Numbered from the stretch's first letter, positions 50,203 to 61,145 are shown. The stretch is 64,000 bases of DNA from an uncultured Acidobacteriota bacterium (GCA_963728825.1 CAVSLA010000004.1:714176-778175), one strand, 5' to 3'. Made by a program: numbers and translations. Notes: generated by a model from the sequence alone, not told the origin.

Positions 50203-52521
50203 TCAGCGGTCGTTGTCGAGCCCGCCTGGCTGGGTGCCGGCGATGAACGTTTCGGTCAGCGCCCCTGGCGTCTGGCTGGTCGTCAAACTGCCCGTGGCGC
50301 GATCGATGGGCACGAAGACGATGTTTTCGGGCGCCACGAACTCCGGTTTGTCGGTGCGCGTGCCGATGTGGGCCTTCATGAAGTCGATCCAGATTGGCAG
50401 CGCTGCGAACGCTCCGGTTTCGTTCGCGCCAATCGTCTTCTTGGCATCGAGCCCGGTCCAGACGCCGACGGTGATGTCGGGATCGAACCCGACGAACCAC
50501 GCGTCGGTGTTGTCGTCGACCGTGCCGGTCTTGCCGGCGAGCGGCCAATCGAGGCTGGCGGCGGACTCCGCGGTGCCGTGCTGCACCACTCCACGCAGCA
50601 GGCTCGTCATCATGTAGGCGGTATCGGCGCGGATGACATTGACCGGTTCGACGCGGCCCTCTTCGAGCAGATTGCCTTCGCGATCGGTGACCGTCTGGAT
50701 AAAGTACGGCTTCGGACGGACGCCGCGATTCGGAAATGCGGTGTAGGCGCTGGTCACTTCGAGGAGTGTGCCTTCGCCGGCGCCGAGCGCGATCGACAGG
50801 TAGGGCGGAAACTCGCGTGAGAAGCCGAACCGTTTTCCGTACGACACGACGCTCGGCGGGCCGACCGCTTCCATCATCTTGATGGCCGGGATGTTGCGCG
50901 ACTGCTCCAGGGCGCGCCGGAGCGTGATCGGCCCCTCGAACTTGTGATCGTAGTTCTGCGGCTCGTACACCTCACCGGTCGCTGACGGGTAGCTGACCGG
51001 CTGATCGACGATCAGCGTCGCCGGTGTCAGGCCGCGATCGATGGCGGCCGTGTAGACGATCGGCTTGAACGTCGAGCCCAGCTGCCGGAACGCCTGCAGC
51101 GAGCGGTTGAATTTGCTCCGATTGAAATTCCATCCGCCGACCATCGCCAGAATCTGGCCGGTGCGGTTGTCGAGCGCGACCAGGGCCCCTTCGACCAGCG
51201 GGGTCTGTTCGAGGGTCACAACTGCCTGCTGACCCGCCTCGTTGATCGAGGTGATGCCGACCTCGATCACGTCGCCGACCGCGAACGCGGTCGCCGACGG
51301 CTGACGCGGCCACGCGACAAAGCTTTCGCGGGTCAGGTCCGCCTGGTAGCGGCCGACTCTGATGCGGACGACGCCGGCCGGCGCGGGGCGGCCGACGGCA
51401 GTGACGACTGCCGGCACGACGTCCCCTTCGGCCATCGGTCGGTTCCACCGCTCGTGGGTGAAGCCCTCGACGGTCTGCTTCTCGACCAGCACGTTGCGTG
51501 TCGTCCGCCGGTAGCCGCGTCGCTTGTCGATGCGGCGCAAGCCGTTCGCCACTGCCCGATTGGCCGCATCCTGAAGCATCGGGTTGAGGGTGGTTTTGAC
51601 GGAGAGGCCGCTTTCGTAGAGGCGCTTGGCGCCGTATCGGGCCTCGAGGTGTTTACGGACCTCCTCGAGGAAGTACGGGGCAATCGACGGCGGCTGCCGT
51701 GGCTCGCCGCGGACGATGATCGGCCTGGCCTTCGCTTCCTCGGCCCGTTCGGCCGGGATGAAGCCTTCGTTCGCCATCCGGTCGAGCGTGTAGTTGCGCC
51801 GCCGCACGGCAGCGTCCATGTTCACGTACGGGCTTTGCCGCACGTTCCCCTGGATGATGCCGGCGAGCATCGCGGCTTCTTCGAGCGTCACGTCCTTCGC
51901 CGACTTTGCAAAATAGAGACGGGAGGCCGCCTCGACACCGTAGGCGTTGTGGCCCCAGTACATCTGGTTGCAGTACAGCGTGAGAATCTCGCGCTTGGTG
52001 TAGCGCTTTTCAATCTGAATCGCGATCAGCGCCTCGCGGACCTTGCGTTCGAGGCTGATGTCGCCCTCCTGGAAGCCGACGGCTTCTGGCATCAGCTTGC
52101 GGGCGAGCTGCTGTGTCAGGGTGCTGGCGCCGGCGGGCCGCGACGTCCGTCCACGCATCAGATCGCCGACCCACTCGATGACGTCGCGGACCAGCGTCAC
52201 CGCGATGCGGGAGATGCTGAGCCCGAAATGGGAATTGAAGTCGCCATCTTCGGCGGCGATGATCGCCATCCGCAGATCTGGTGCGATGTCGTCATAGCCG
52301 ATGACGAGACGACGCTCGACGGCGAAATCGCCGATGCCCCGGCCGTCCACGCCGTAGACGCGTGTGATGGTGCTCGGGTTGTAGTTGTCGAGTGCGGAGA
52401 TCTGAGGGAGGTCGCCGGCGTAGGCGAACAGCACGCCGGTCAGCACACCACCGGCCGCCGCGGTCACGAACAGCGCGGCGATACCGGCATTTCGAGCGAA
52501 GCGGATGACGTAATGAGCCAC
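50203..52521 (-). CDS. Class A penicillin-binding protein (transglycosylase + transpeptidase)
   Basis: EDGDFNSHFG, GASTLTQQLA, STFKP (SxxK), SRN, KTGT. GTG start. Confidence 0.9.
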   Translation of the reverse strand: MAHYVIRFARNAGIAALFVTAAAGGVLTGVLFAYAGDLPQISALDNYNPSTITRVYGVDGRGIGDFAVERRLVIGYDDIAPDLRMAIIAAEDGDFNSHFGLSISRIAVTLVRDVIEWVGDLMRGRTSRPAGASTLTQQLARKLMPEAVGFQEGDISLERKVREALIAIQIEKRYTKREILTLYCNQMYWGHNAYGVEAASRLYFAKSAKDVTLEEAAMLAGIIQGNVRQSPYVNMDAAVRRRNYTLDRMANEGFIPAERAEEAKARPIIVRGEPRQPPSIAPYFLEEVRKHLEARYGAKRLYESGLSVKTTLNPMLQDAANRAVANGLRRIDKRRGYRRTTRNVLVEKQTVEGFTHERWNRPMAEGDVVPAVVTAVGRPAPAGVVRIRVGRYQADLTRESFVAWPRQPSATAFAVGDVIEVGITSINEAGQQAVVTLEQTPLVEGALVALDNRTGQILAMVGGWNFNRSKFNRSLQAFRQLGSTFKPIVYTAAIDRGLTPATLIVDQPVSYPSATGEVYEPQNYDHKFEGPITLRRALEQSRNIPAIKMMEAVGPPSVVSYGKRFGFSREFPPYLSIALGAGEGTLLEVTSAYTAFPNRGVRPKPYFIQTVTDREGNLLEEGRVEPVNVIRADTAYMMTSLLRGVVQHGTAESAASLDWPLAGKTGTVDDNTDAWFVGFDPDITVGVWTGLDAKKTIGANETGAFAALPIWIDFMKAHIGTRTDKPEFVAPENIVFVPIDRATGSLTTSQTPGALTETFIAGTQPGGLDNDR

Positions 52522-52522
52522 A

Positions 52523-52714
52523 GATAGTCAGTAGTCGACAGACGACAGTCAACAGTCGACAGTACAGTTGCCCGGCGTTCGTGCCTAGTGTACCAGCCTC
52601 GCACCAGCCGTCTCACGACTTATCGACTGCTGCCGGCGTCCAATTACTCCCGACTACTGACTGTCGACAACCGACTGTCGACTGCTGACTGATGACTGAC
52701 GACTGTCCGACTAC
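52523..52714. repeat. GACAGTC-type heptamer array (52523-52567) and inverted CGACTGT/TGACTGA array (52616-52714) around a unique core
   Basis: Left: gatagtc-agtagtc-gacagac-gacagtc-aacagtc-gacagta. Right: cgactac-tgactgt-cgacaac-cgactgt-cgactgc-tgactga-tgactga-cgactgt-ccgactac. It fills the whole gap between two minus-strand genes. Confidence 0.9.
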
Positions 52715-54654
52715 CGGCTCCTTGGGCTTCTGGCGCCCGCGGGAGCCGAGCGACCGCCAGACGGTTGAGCTGGAGCGGCTTGCTGCGAGCCCTCTTGCTG
52801 TTGCTGCGGCGCAGCACGTGGCGCAGCCATCGGCGCTCGTGGCGGCGGCGCAGCGCGCGGAGGCTCCGACGTTTGCCGCTGCTGCGGAGCGGTTGCTCGA
52901 GGAGGCGCGACCTGAGGCTGAGGCGCCATCGTGGGTGGCGGTGCGCCCACTGGCCTTCTCGGTTGCGCGCTCCAGGGAGCTGCGCCGGGTACGCGGCCGG
53001 CACCCGACAGCTCAGGCTGATTCGGCTGAATCGTCGCCGGTGGTGCGACCAATCTGGGTTGCCGCGTCCCGGGTGTGGTCCACGGAGAAGCGGCCGGCGA
53101 ACGGTCAACGTCCGCGGGTGCCGTTTCCGCAGCACGCGGCCTCGTCATGTTGACTGGTGGATACCATCGCGGCGATGCCGTGGTCGGCGCCGGCACCGTG
53201 TCGCGAGCTGTGGGCTCGCTCGAGGGCTGCCGAGGCACGGCGGCAGCGGCGCGACGTCCGCCCAGCGTCGTCGTTTCTGGTATGTATCGGTTGGCATCCG
53301 CTGGCGCGTTCGGTGCGGTGGTCGCACCCCTCGGTACCGCAACGCGCGTGCGACCGTTGGCTGGTGCCACTTGTGTGTTGGCCGCCGCCGGCTGCGCTGC
53401 GGCCGCGACCGCCGCTTGTCCGCCGCGGGAGATCGCCTGATTGCCAGCACGCTGGGTTGGCGCCACGGCTGTTGGCCTCGGGATCGCGCGCGGACGCCCG
53501 ACGGCTGCTGGAATCGCGAGTGGCGCTTTTTGCTGCACGATGAACGGCGTCCTTGCCGGAATCGCTGCCGGTGCAAGCGCGTACTGATGCACCGCGTAGC
53601 GGTGTCCGAAGTGCTGTCTGGGGACGACCACCCAGCCGTTCCACGGGTTGCCGACCGAAACGCTCAAGCCAAACACGGGTCGTCCGTCGAACCCGAGCGG
53701 GCACCACCCGAGGAATCCGGGAGCCGACGCCCACGACACCCAGGCAGGACCCCAGGTGCGACCGGGAATCCAGAACCAGCGACTGCGGGCGAAGCCCCAA
53801 CGGCCATAGTGATGCGTGGGCCAGCCCCAGACGTCATGGCCGATCCACGTCCAGCCGTATCTCCGGATCGGAGACCAGTAACCGTGGTGATAGGGCCGCC
53901 ATCCGGGGGCCACTGTCGGATACCACACGTTGCCGTACGGTCCTTCGTAGCCCCACGATCCGTACTGATCGAATGTTCCGCTGTACGAGTAGAGATCGCG
54001 CGGCAGATAGCGGGTCGATGCCGTGCCGAGACGGGCGTTGCGGCGCGCTGAGGCCCAGACTTCGAAGGCATCGAAGCGCGCAGAGTTGAAGGGCAGCGGG
54101 TGGCTCGGCGCCAGCAGATCGCGCGCCAGGGTGCGTTCCCCGGCGCGTACTGCCGTCGATCCGACGTCCGTCGCCAGCGTCCCGTAGCCGCGAAACACCG
54201 CGAGCTCGGTCTCGAGCGCGCCACGGCCGTTCATGATCGCGATCCGGTATTCTCCTGGTCCGTCGGTCGTTGCCGATGCCGCGGGCGTGTCGATCTGGTA
54301 ACGCACGGCGTTCGATGGATCGTTCACGCCGGCGACGGTGAGGAGGAGCCGCCCTGCGGTCATGCGTAGGATCGAAGCGTCCTGCAGCTCGATTGCGGTG
54401 AATTCGTCGATGGCCAGCGCCGTCCCGTCTGCAAACATCACCTCGACCCGGCCGCGCGTCGTCTGGAGACGATCGCCGGGCACAAACGGCATCCCTGTGA
54501 CCGCGGTTTCTGCCTGACCTTCACGTTCCAACGTTGCGGCACCGTCGACGACTGCAACGTGCGCAGGCGAGGTCGTGGGTTGGTCGACGTCCTGGCCGGA
54601 CGCAACGGATGTGGTCAGGAACAGCAGAGTCAGAGCGAAAACAGATAGACGCAT
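52711..54654 (-). CDS. Secreted FecR-like / Trp-Gly-rich / Pro-Ala-rich protein
   Basis: The start is taken at MRLSVFALTLLFLTTSVASGQ (signal peptide). FecR-like region VAVVDGAATLEREGQ...GDRLQTTRGRVEVMFADGTALAIDEFT. Central region YGSWGYEGPYGNVWYPTVAPGWRPYHHGYWSPIRRYGWTWIGHDVWGWPTHHYGRWGF. The C-terminal ~250 aa are P/A-rich. Confidence 0.7.
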   Translation of the reverse strand: MRLSVFALTLLFLTTSVASGQDVDQPTTSPAHVAVVDGAATLEREGQAETAVTGMPFVPGDRLQTTRGRVEVMFADGTALAIDEFTAIELQDASILRMTAGRLLLTVAGVNDPSNAVRYQIDTPAASATTDGPGEYRIAIMNGRGALETELAVFRGYGTLATDVGSTAVRAGERTLARDLLAPSHPLPFNSARFDAFEVWASARRNARLGTASTRYLPRDLYSYSGTFDQYGSWGYEGPYGNVWYPTVAPGWRPYHHGYWSPIRRYGWTWIGHDVWGWPTHHYGRWGFARSRWFWIPGRTWGPAWVSWASAPGFLGWCPLGFDGRPVFGLSVSVGNPWNGWVVVPRQHFGHRYAVHQYALAPAAIPARTPFIVQQKAPLAIPAAVGRPRAIPRPTAVAPTQRAGNQAISRGGQAAVAAAAQPAAANTQVAPANGRTRVAVPRGATTAPNAPADANRYIPETTTLGGRRAAAAVPRQPSSEPTARDTVPAPTTASPRWYPPVNMTRPRAAETAPADVDRSPAASPWTTPGTRQPRLVAPPATIQPNQPELSGAGRVPGAAPWSAQPRRPVGAPPPTMAPQPQVAPPRATAPQQRQTSEPPRAAPPPRAPMAAPRAAPQQQQEGSQQAAPAQPSGGRSAPAGARSPRSR

Positions 54655-54749
54655 GGCTGGCAAGGGGAGCGACACGAAACCCATAACAACCGCCTCGTGC
54701 GACGAGGGGCAGGACTGGCTGGCATTCGAATTATAGCCTCCTTTGACCC

Positions 54750-54815
54750 GTCTCCGACACGTCTCCGACACAGCTCCGACACGTCTCCGACACAGCTCCG
54801 ATCTCCCTCCGATCG
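54750..54815. repeat. 11-bp tandem array GTCTCCGACAC (about 6 copies) in a divergent promoter region
   Basis: gtctccgacac-gtctccgacac-agctccgacac-gtctccgacac-agctccgatct-ccctccgatcg. Confidence 0.9.
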
Positions 54816-54875
54816 AGGTCTGATGCTTGTCTGAGCCAGCTCGGAACCGCTTCTGACACCGGGCCACGGCAAAGA

Positions 54876-54904
54876 TTGACAATAACGCACTCAGCTTTTA
54901 TCCT
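54876..54904 (+). promoter_or_regulatory. Candidate sigma-70 promoter of dnaK
   Basis: TTGACA (54876-54881), a 17-nt spacer, then TATCCT (54899-54904), about 49 nt upstream of the dnaK ATG. Confidence 0.45.
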
Positions 54905-54952
54905 CAGATCAGTATCAGCAATGACTGCCCGATACGACCTCGCGAGGACTTC

Positions 54953-56890
<1,938 letters not shown>

Positions 56891-56910
56891 TCCGCAACTG
56901 AGTGTCGAGG

Positions 56911-57999
56911 ATGGATTTCTACATCTTGCTCGGGCTCGAGCGGGGCGCCACGCTGAACGACATCAAGCGGGCCTACAAGCGTCTTGCCCGCCGCTACCAC
57001 CCGGATATCAATCCGGGCGATCGGCTGGCGGAAGCGCAGTTCCGGCAGATCGCCGAAGCCTACGAAACGTTGAGCGACCCCGACCGGCGGCGGCGCTACG
57101 ACATCGGTGGCGCGCCGCTCCGCGCGCAGGACGATCCGACGTTCGGCTTCGAAGGGTTCGACTTCTCGGTGAGCGTTAGCGGTAGTTCGGCGTCGACCTT
57201 CGGCGATCTTTTCGCGGACGTCCTGAGACAGCGGGAAGCACAGCGTTACGACGGCACCCCCGAACGGGGCATCGATCTGCACCAGACGGTGTCGCTGAAG
57301 TTCGAAGATGCGATGCGGGGCGGCCAGCGTCAAGTCACGATCACGCGACAGGATCACTGCCGCGCCTGTCAGGGAACAGGGCGGCTGCAGGCCGCAGAGA
57401 GCCGCTGCCTGCACTGCCACGGCTCGGGCATCGTCAAGTCGGCCCGTGGCCACATGGTGTTCTCGAAACCGTGCGCCCATTGTCGGGGGACGGGCTGGCA
57501 CGCGCAGACGCGGTGTCTGGTCTGCGGCGGCGCGCAGGTGGCGATGCGCACCGAGGCGCTGACCGTGCAGGTGCCACCAGGACTGCCGGACGGAGCCCGG
57601 GTTCGCGTCCCTGCCAAAGGGCACGCCGGCCGGAACGGCGGCGAGCCGGGTGACCTGTACGTGACGGTGAGGGTCGAGCCACATCCGGTGTTCCGCCGTG
57701 AGGGTGACGACCTGCACATCGTCGTGCCGATTGCCGTCCACGAAGCCGCGCTGGGCGCAAAAGTGGACGTGCCGTCGCTCGAGGGACACGCACGGTTGCG
57801 CGTTCCGCCGGGCACTCAGTCGGGCCAGCGGTTTCGATTGCGTGAGCGCGGCGTGCCGTCGGCGCGCGACCGCCGCGGCGATCTCGTCGTCGAAGTGCGG
57901 CTCGTCCTGCCCCGCGTCCTGGACGAGCGATCGAAGGAACTGCTGCGCGAGTTCGGGCGGATCAACAGCGATGACGTCCGGAACGAGATCAACCGCTGA
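56911..57999 (+). CDS. dnaJ: Molecular chaperone DnaJ
   Basis: J domain MDFYILLGLERGATLNDIKRAYKRLARRYHPDINPGD. Four Cys pairs (CRACQGTG, CLHCHGSG, CAHCRGTG, CLVCGG). The ORF track starts at GTG 56902. Confidence 0.9.
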   Translation: MDFYILLGLERGATLNDIKRAYKRLARRYHPDINPGDRLAEAQFRQIAEAYETLSDPDRRRRYDIGGAPLRAQDDPTFGFEGFDFSVSVSGSSASTFGDLFADVLRQREAQRYDGTPERGIDLHQTVSLKFEDAMRGGQRQVTITRQDHCRACQGTGRLQAAESRCLHCHGSGIVKSARGHMVFSKPCAHCRGTGWHAQTRCLVCGGAQVAMRTEALTVQVPPGLPDGARVRVPAKGHAGRNGGEPGDLYVTVRVEPHPVFRREGDDLHIVVPIAVHEAALGAKVDVPSLEGHARLRVPPGTQSGQRFRLRERGVPSARDRRGDLVVEVRLVLPRVLDERSKELLREFGRINSDDVRNEINR

Positions 58000-58011
58000 C
58001 CGACGGATGCT

Positions 58012-58434
58012 ATGAAGAAGTCCGGCAAAGCCTACTTCATGATCAGCGCGGTGGCGCAGAAGTACAACATCCACCCGCAGACGCTTCGCCTCTACGAACG
58101 CGAAGGTCTGCTCAAGCCGTCGCGCACCGAAGGGAACACGCGCCTCTACTCGGAAGAGGATCTCGAGCAGCTCGAAACGATTCTGTCACTGACCCGAGAT
58201 CTCGGCGTCAACCTCGCCGGCGTGGAGATCATTCTCAACATGCGGCAGAAGATCGAGCGCATGCAGGGCGAGGTCAACGAGTTCATGGAGTACGTCAAGC
58301 GAGAGCTGGCCCGCGGCATCGACGACTGGGAACAGCGCTTGTCGACGGCGCTCGTGAAATCCAGCCCGACCGATCTGGTCCGCATGACGCCGCCGCCGGA
58401 AGCTGATCAAGCGAAGCAGAAAGCGAAAAGTTAG
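58012..58434 (+). CDS. hspR: MerR-family heat-shock repressor HspR-like
   Basis: YFMISAVAQKYNIHPQTLRLYEREGLLKPSRTEGNTRLYSEEDLEQLETILSLTRDLGVNLAGVEIIL, directly downstream of dnaK-dnaJ. Confidence 0.85.
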   Translation: MKKSGKAYFMISAVAQKYNIHPQTLRLYEREGLLKPSRTEGNTRLYSEEDLEQLETILSLTRDLGVNLAGVEIILNMRQKIERMQGEVNEFMEYVKRELARGIDDWEQRLSTALVKSSPTDLVRMTPPPEADQAKQKAKS

Positions 58435-58478
58435 CCGTCGACGCGAAAGTAAAAAGCACAAGCGGAAGTTCCGCGTGT

Positions 58479-59363
58479 ATGCTGTGTGTCTCGCGCAGCA
58501 TCATGGTCTGCCCTCTTTGCGACGATACCGGCTGGAAGACGATCGACGAACCAGCGACCGGGACCGCGGCCGGCGTGCGCCGCGTGACGCGCTGCGACTG
58601 CTGGCGCGAGAACATCGGACAGCGGCGTCTGGCTGATGCCAACATCCCGAAGCGCTATCAGCACTGCACGATCGGCAATTTCACTGCGTACAACGACTCG
58701 CTGGTGCGTGCGGCGGACAAGGCACATCAGCTTGCCGACGCGTTTCCAGTGGTCGGCAAAGGTCTCTTTCTGGAAGGTCAGCCGGGCGTCGGCAAGACCC
58801 ACCTCGCGGTAGCGGTTTTGAAGCAGGTGATTCAGACGACCGGGGCGCGCGGTCTGTTCTATGACACTCGCGACCTGCTGCGCATCATCCGCAGTACCTA
58901 CGACCCCTCCATCCGCACGACCGAGCTCGAAATCCTTCGTCCGGTGATGACGGCCGACCTGCTGGTCCTCGACGACCTCGGCGCCGAGAAGACGTCTGAG
59001 TGGGTCGAAGAGACGATGAATCTCATCGTCAACACGCGCTACAACGAGCGACGCGTGACGATTTTCACGTCGAACTACGAGGACATTCCCGACGACACCG
59101 ATCCCAACGCCCTGGTGTTCCGCATCGGGCACCGGATGCGGTCCAGGCTGCACGAGATGTGCGACTTCGAAATTCTCGACGGCGCCGATTACCGTCAGAT
59201 GCCCCTCAATGGCGGGCTCGATGACTTGATCACGCTCTGGAAGACGCGCAAGAAGTCGCTGCCGGTTCGGACCGGCCGTCAGGTTCGGGCGCAGCTGAAA
59301 GAGCCCGCCGTCCGCGACGGACGGGCCGACCTCAAGTGGCCGGGGGGACGGGCGGGGTCTTGA
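58479..59363 (+). CDS. DnaC/DnaI/IstB-like AAA+ ATPase with an N-terminal Cys cluster
   Basis: CPLCDDTGW...CDCW, Walker A LEGQPGVGKTHLAVA, Walker B LLVLDDLGAE, and sensor TIFTSN. There is no adjacent IstA-type transposase. The start may be ATG 58503. Confidence 0.75.
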   Translation: MLCVSRSIMVCPLCDDTGWKTIDEPATGTAAGVRRVTRCDCWRENIGQRRLADANIPKRYQHCTIGNFTAYNDSLVRAADKAHQLADAFPVVGKGLFLEGQPGVGKTHLAVAVLKQVIQTTGARGLFYDTRDLLRIIRSTYDPSIRTTELEILRPVMTADLLVLDDLGAEKTSEWVEETMNLIVNTRYNERRVTIFTSNYEDIPDDTDPNALVFRIGHRMRSRLHEMCDFEILDGADYRQMPLNGGLDDLITLWKTRKKSLPVRTGRQVRAQLKEPAVRDGRADLKWPGGRAGS

Positions 59364-59365
59364 AG

Positions 59366-59448
59366 GATTGCAAATTGCAAATTACAAATTGCAAACGGTA
59401 ATCTGAATCGACCGTCAATCTGCAATCTGCAATCTGCGATTTGCAATT
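59366..59448. repeat. Two adjacent heptamer arrays (ATTGCAA type, then AATCTGC type)
   Basis: gattgca-aattgca-aattaca-aattgca-aacggta-atctgaa...aatctgc-aatctgc-aatctgc-gatttgc-aattaat. It ends at the hemW ATG. Confidence 0.9.
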
Positions 59449-59449
59449 A

Positions 59450-60578
59450 ATGTTAGGTCTGTATCTCCACATTCCTTTCTGCTCGGCGATCTGCAACTAC
59501 TGCAACTTCAACCGCGGCCTCTTCGACGCCGACCTGAAAGCGCGCTACGTTGACGCTCTGCTCCGCGAGATTGGCTCGTCCTCGGCCCGGCATGACCGCC
59601 CGTGCGCCGACACGATCTACTTTGGCGGAGGAACGCCATCGCTGCTCGAACCAGAAGAGATTTCGCGGATTATCCGCGCGTGCGAGGACGCGTTCGACCT
59701 TCCGCCACACCGCGAGGTGACGCTCGAGGCCAACCCGGAGACTGTCACGGTCGACCGGCTGGCGCGGTACCGGGCCGCCGGGGTCAATCGCCTCAGTTTC
59801 GGTGTCCAATCGTTCAGGAACGAGGAGTTACAGAGGCTCTCACGTCTGCACGGGGCTGAGCGGGCGCGCCAGGCGGTCGCCGAGGCCAGGGCCGCCGGGT
59901 TCGATAACGTCAGCCTGGACTTGATGATGTGGCTGCCGGGTCAGAAGGTCGCTGAATGGCTGCAATCGGTTGACGAGGCCGCTGCCCTCGAGCCGGAGCA
60001 CCTTTCCCTGTATCTGCTCGAGGTGTATCCGAACGCGCCGCTCAAGGACGAAATGGCGCGCCAACGCTGGTCGCAGGCGCCCGACGAAGATGCCGCCACG
60101 ATGTATGTCGCGGGGCTGGAACGGCTCGAGGCCGCGGGTTTCGAGCAGTACCGAGATCTCGAACGTGGCCATGCCCGGACGCCAGTCGCGTCACAATCTC
60201 AAATATTGGAGCGACGGCGAGTGGCTCGGGTTTGGCTGCGGCGCGCACTCGACATATGGCGCCACCAGGTGGAAGAACGTCTCCTCAACCGAGGATTACG
60301 TGCATCGAATCGTGCACCGCGAGCCGACCGCCGTCGACGTTCACCGGCGTAGCCGCGCCGACCAGCTCGGGGACGCCCTCTTCACCGGTCTCCGGTTGAG
60401 TGCCGGTATCGACGAGGCCGGCATCGAAGCGCGCTACGGTGTCGACGTCTGGCACCGGTACGGCTCGGATCTTGAACGGTATGTTGAATGCGGCCTGCTG
60501 ATGCGTCAGGATAGACGGATGTGGCTGACCCGCCGGGGCATGCTGCTCGCCAACGAAGTGATGGCGGTGTTCATATAG
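59450..60578 (+). CDS. hemW: Radical SAM heme chaperone HemW / oxygen-independent coproporphyrinogen oxidase-like, one frame break near 60151
   Basis: LYLHIPFCSAICNYCNF (CxxxCxxC) and GGGTPS. After one extra base is removed at tac-c-gag, the sequence reads EQYEISNVAMPGRQSRHNLKYW... Confidence 0.85.
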
Positions 60579-60635
60579 GTTTCGAAAGTACGTTAAAGTA
60601 ACACCCTTTTGACACTTACCTCGAAGGAGGCCGTG

Positions 60636-61145
60636 ATGTTTCGATGGATTGCACCCGCGCTGGTGATTGGGCTTCTGGCTGTCGCGCCCGTCCACGCGCA
60701 GACGCCGGCCGCGCAGCCCGCCACTCCTGCGCAGCCCGCCCCTGCGCAGCCCGCCCAGCAGGCCCAGGCGCAGAAGAGCCCGTTCGTGTTCGAGAGCGAC
60801 GGCGGGGTAATCCTGCACTTCATCAAGGCGGACAAGACCGCCGACTTCGAGATGCTCGTCGGCAAGCTGAAGGAAGCGCTGGCGAAGAGCGAGAAGCCCG
60901 AGCGCAAGGCCCAGGCCGCGTCGTGGAAACTTTTCAAGGCCGCGGAACCCGGCGCCGGCGGAGCGGTCATGTACGTCTCGGTGATTCATCCCGCCGTCAA
61001 GGACGCCGACTACTACATCCCGATCCTCATCAACGAGTCGTTTCCGGCCGAAGGGCAGGCGCTCTACAAGCAGTACCTCGACGTCAGCAGCAATCCGAGC
61101 GCAAACAAGCTGACGCTGACACTCCTGTCCGACCTGAGCAAGTAG
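60636..61145 (+). CDS. Secreted hypothetical protein
   Basis: GAAGGAGG lies 5 nt upstream of the ATG. Signal peptide MFRWIAPALVIGLLAVAPVHAQ, followed by a PAQ-rich stretch. Confidence 0.6.
   Translation: MFRWIAPALVIGLLAVAPVHAQTPAAQPATPAQPAPAQPAQQAQAQKSPFVFESDGGVILHFIKADKTADFEMLVGKLKEALAKSEKPERKAQAASWKLFKAAEPGAGGAVMYVSVIHPAVKDADYYIPILINESFPAEGQALYKQYLDVSSNPSANKLTLTLLSDLSK

Noticed and set aside
54720-54735. Possible sigma-54 promoter TGGCAT-tcgaa-TTATA upstream of dnaK, and TGGTAC-acgag-ATCAG at about 47371-47386 upstream of the HD-GYP operon.
   Set aside because: The -24 GG is present in both, but the highly conserved -12 GC is missing (TTAT and ATCA instead of TTGC). The evidence is insufficient.
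54875-54895. HspR operator (HAIR) overlapping the dnaK -35 box: attgaca-ataacgc-actcagc.
   Set aside because: Only about half of the positions in each arm match CTTGAGT-N7-ACTCAAG, and the two arms are poorly complementary to each other. It is kept only as a remark in the dnaK operon finding.
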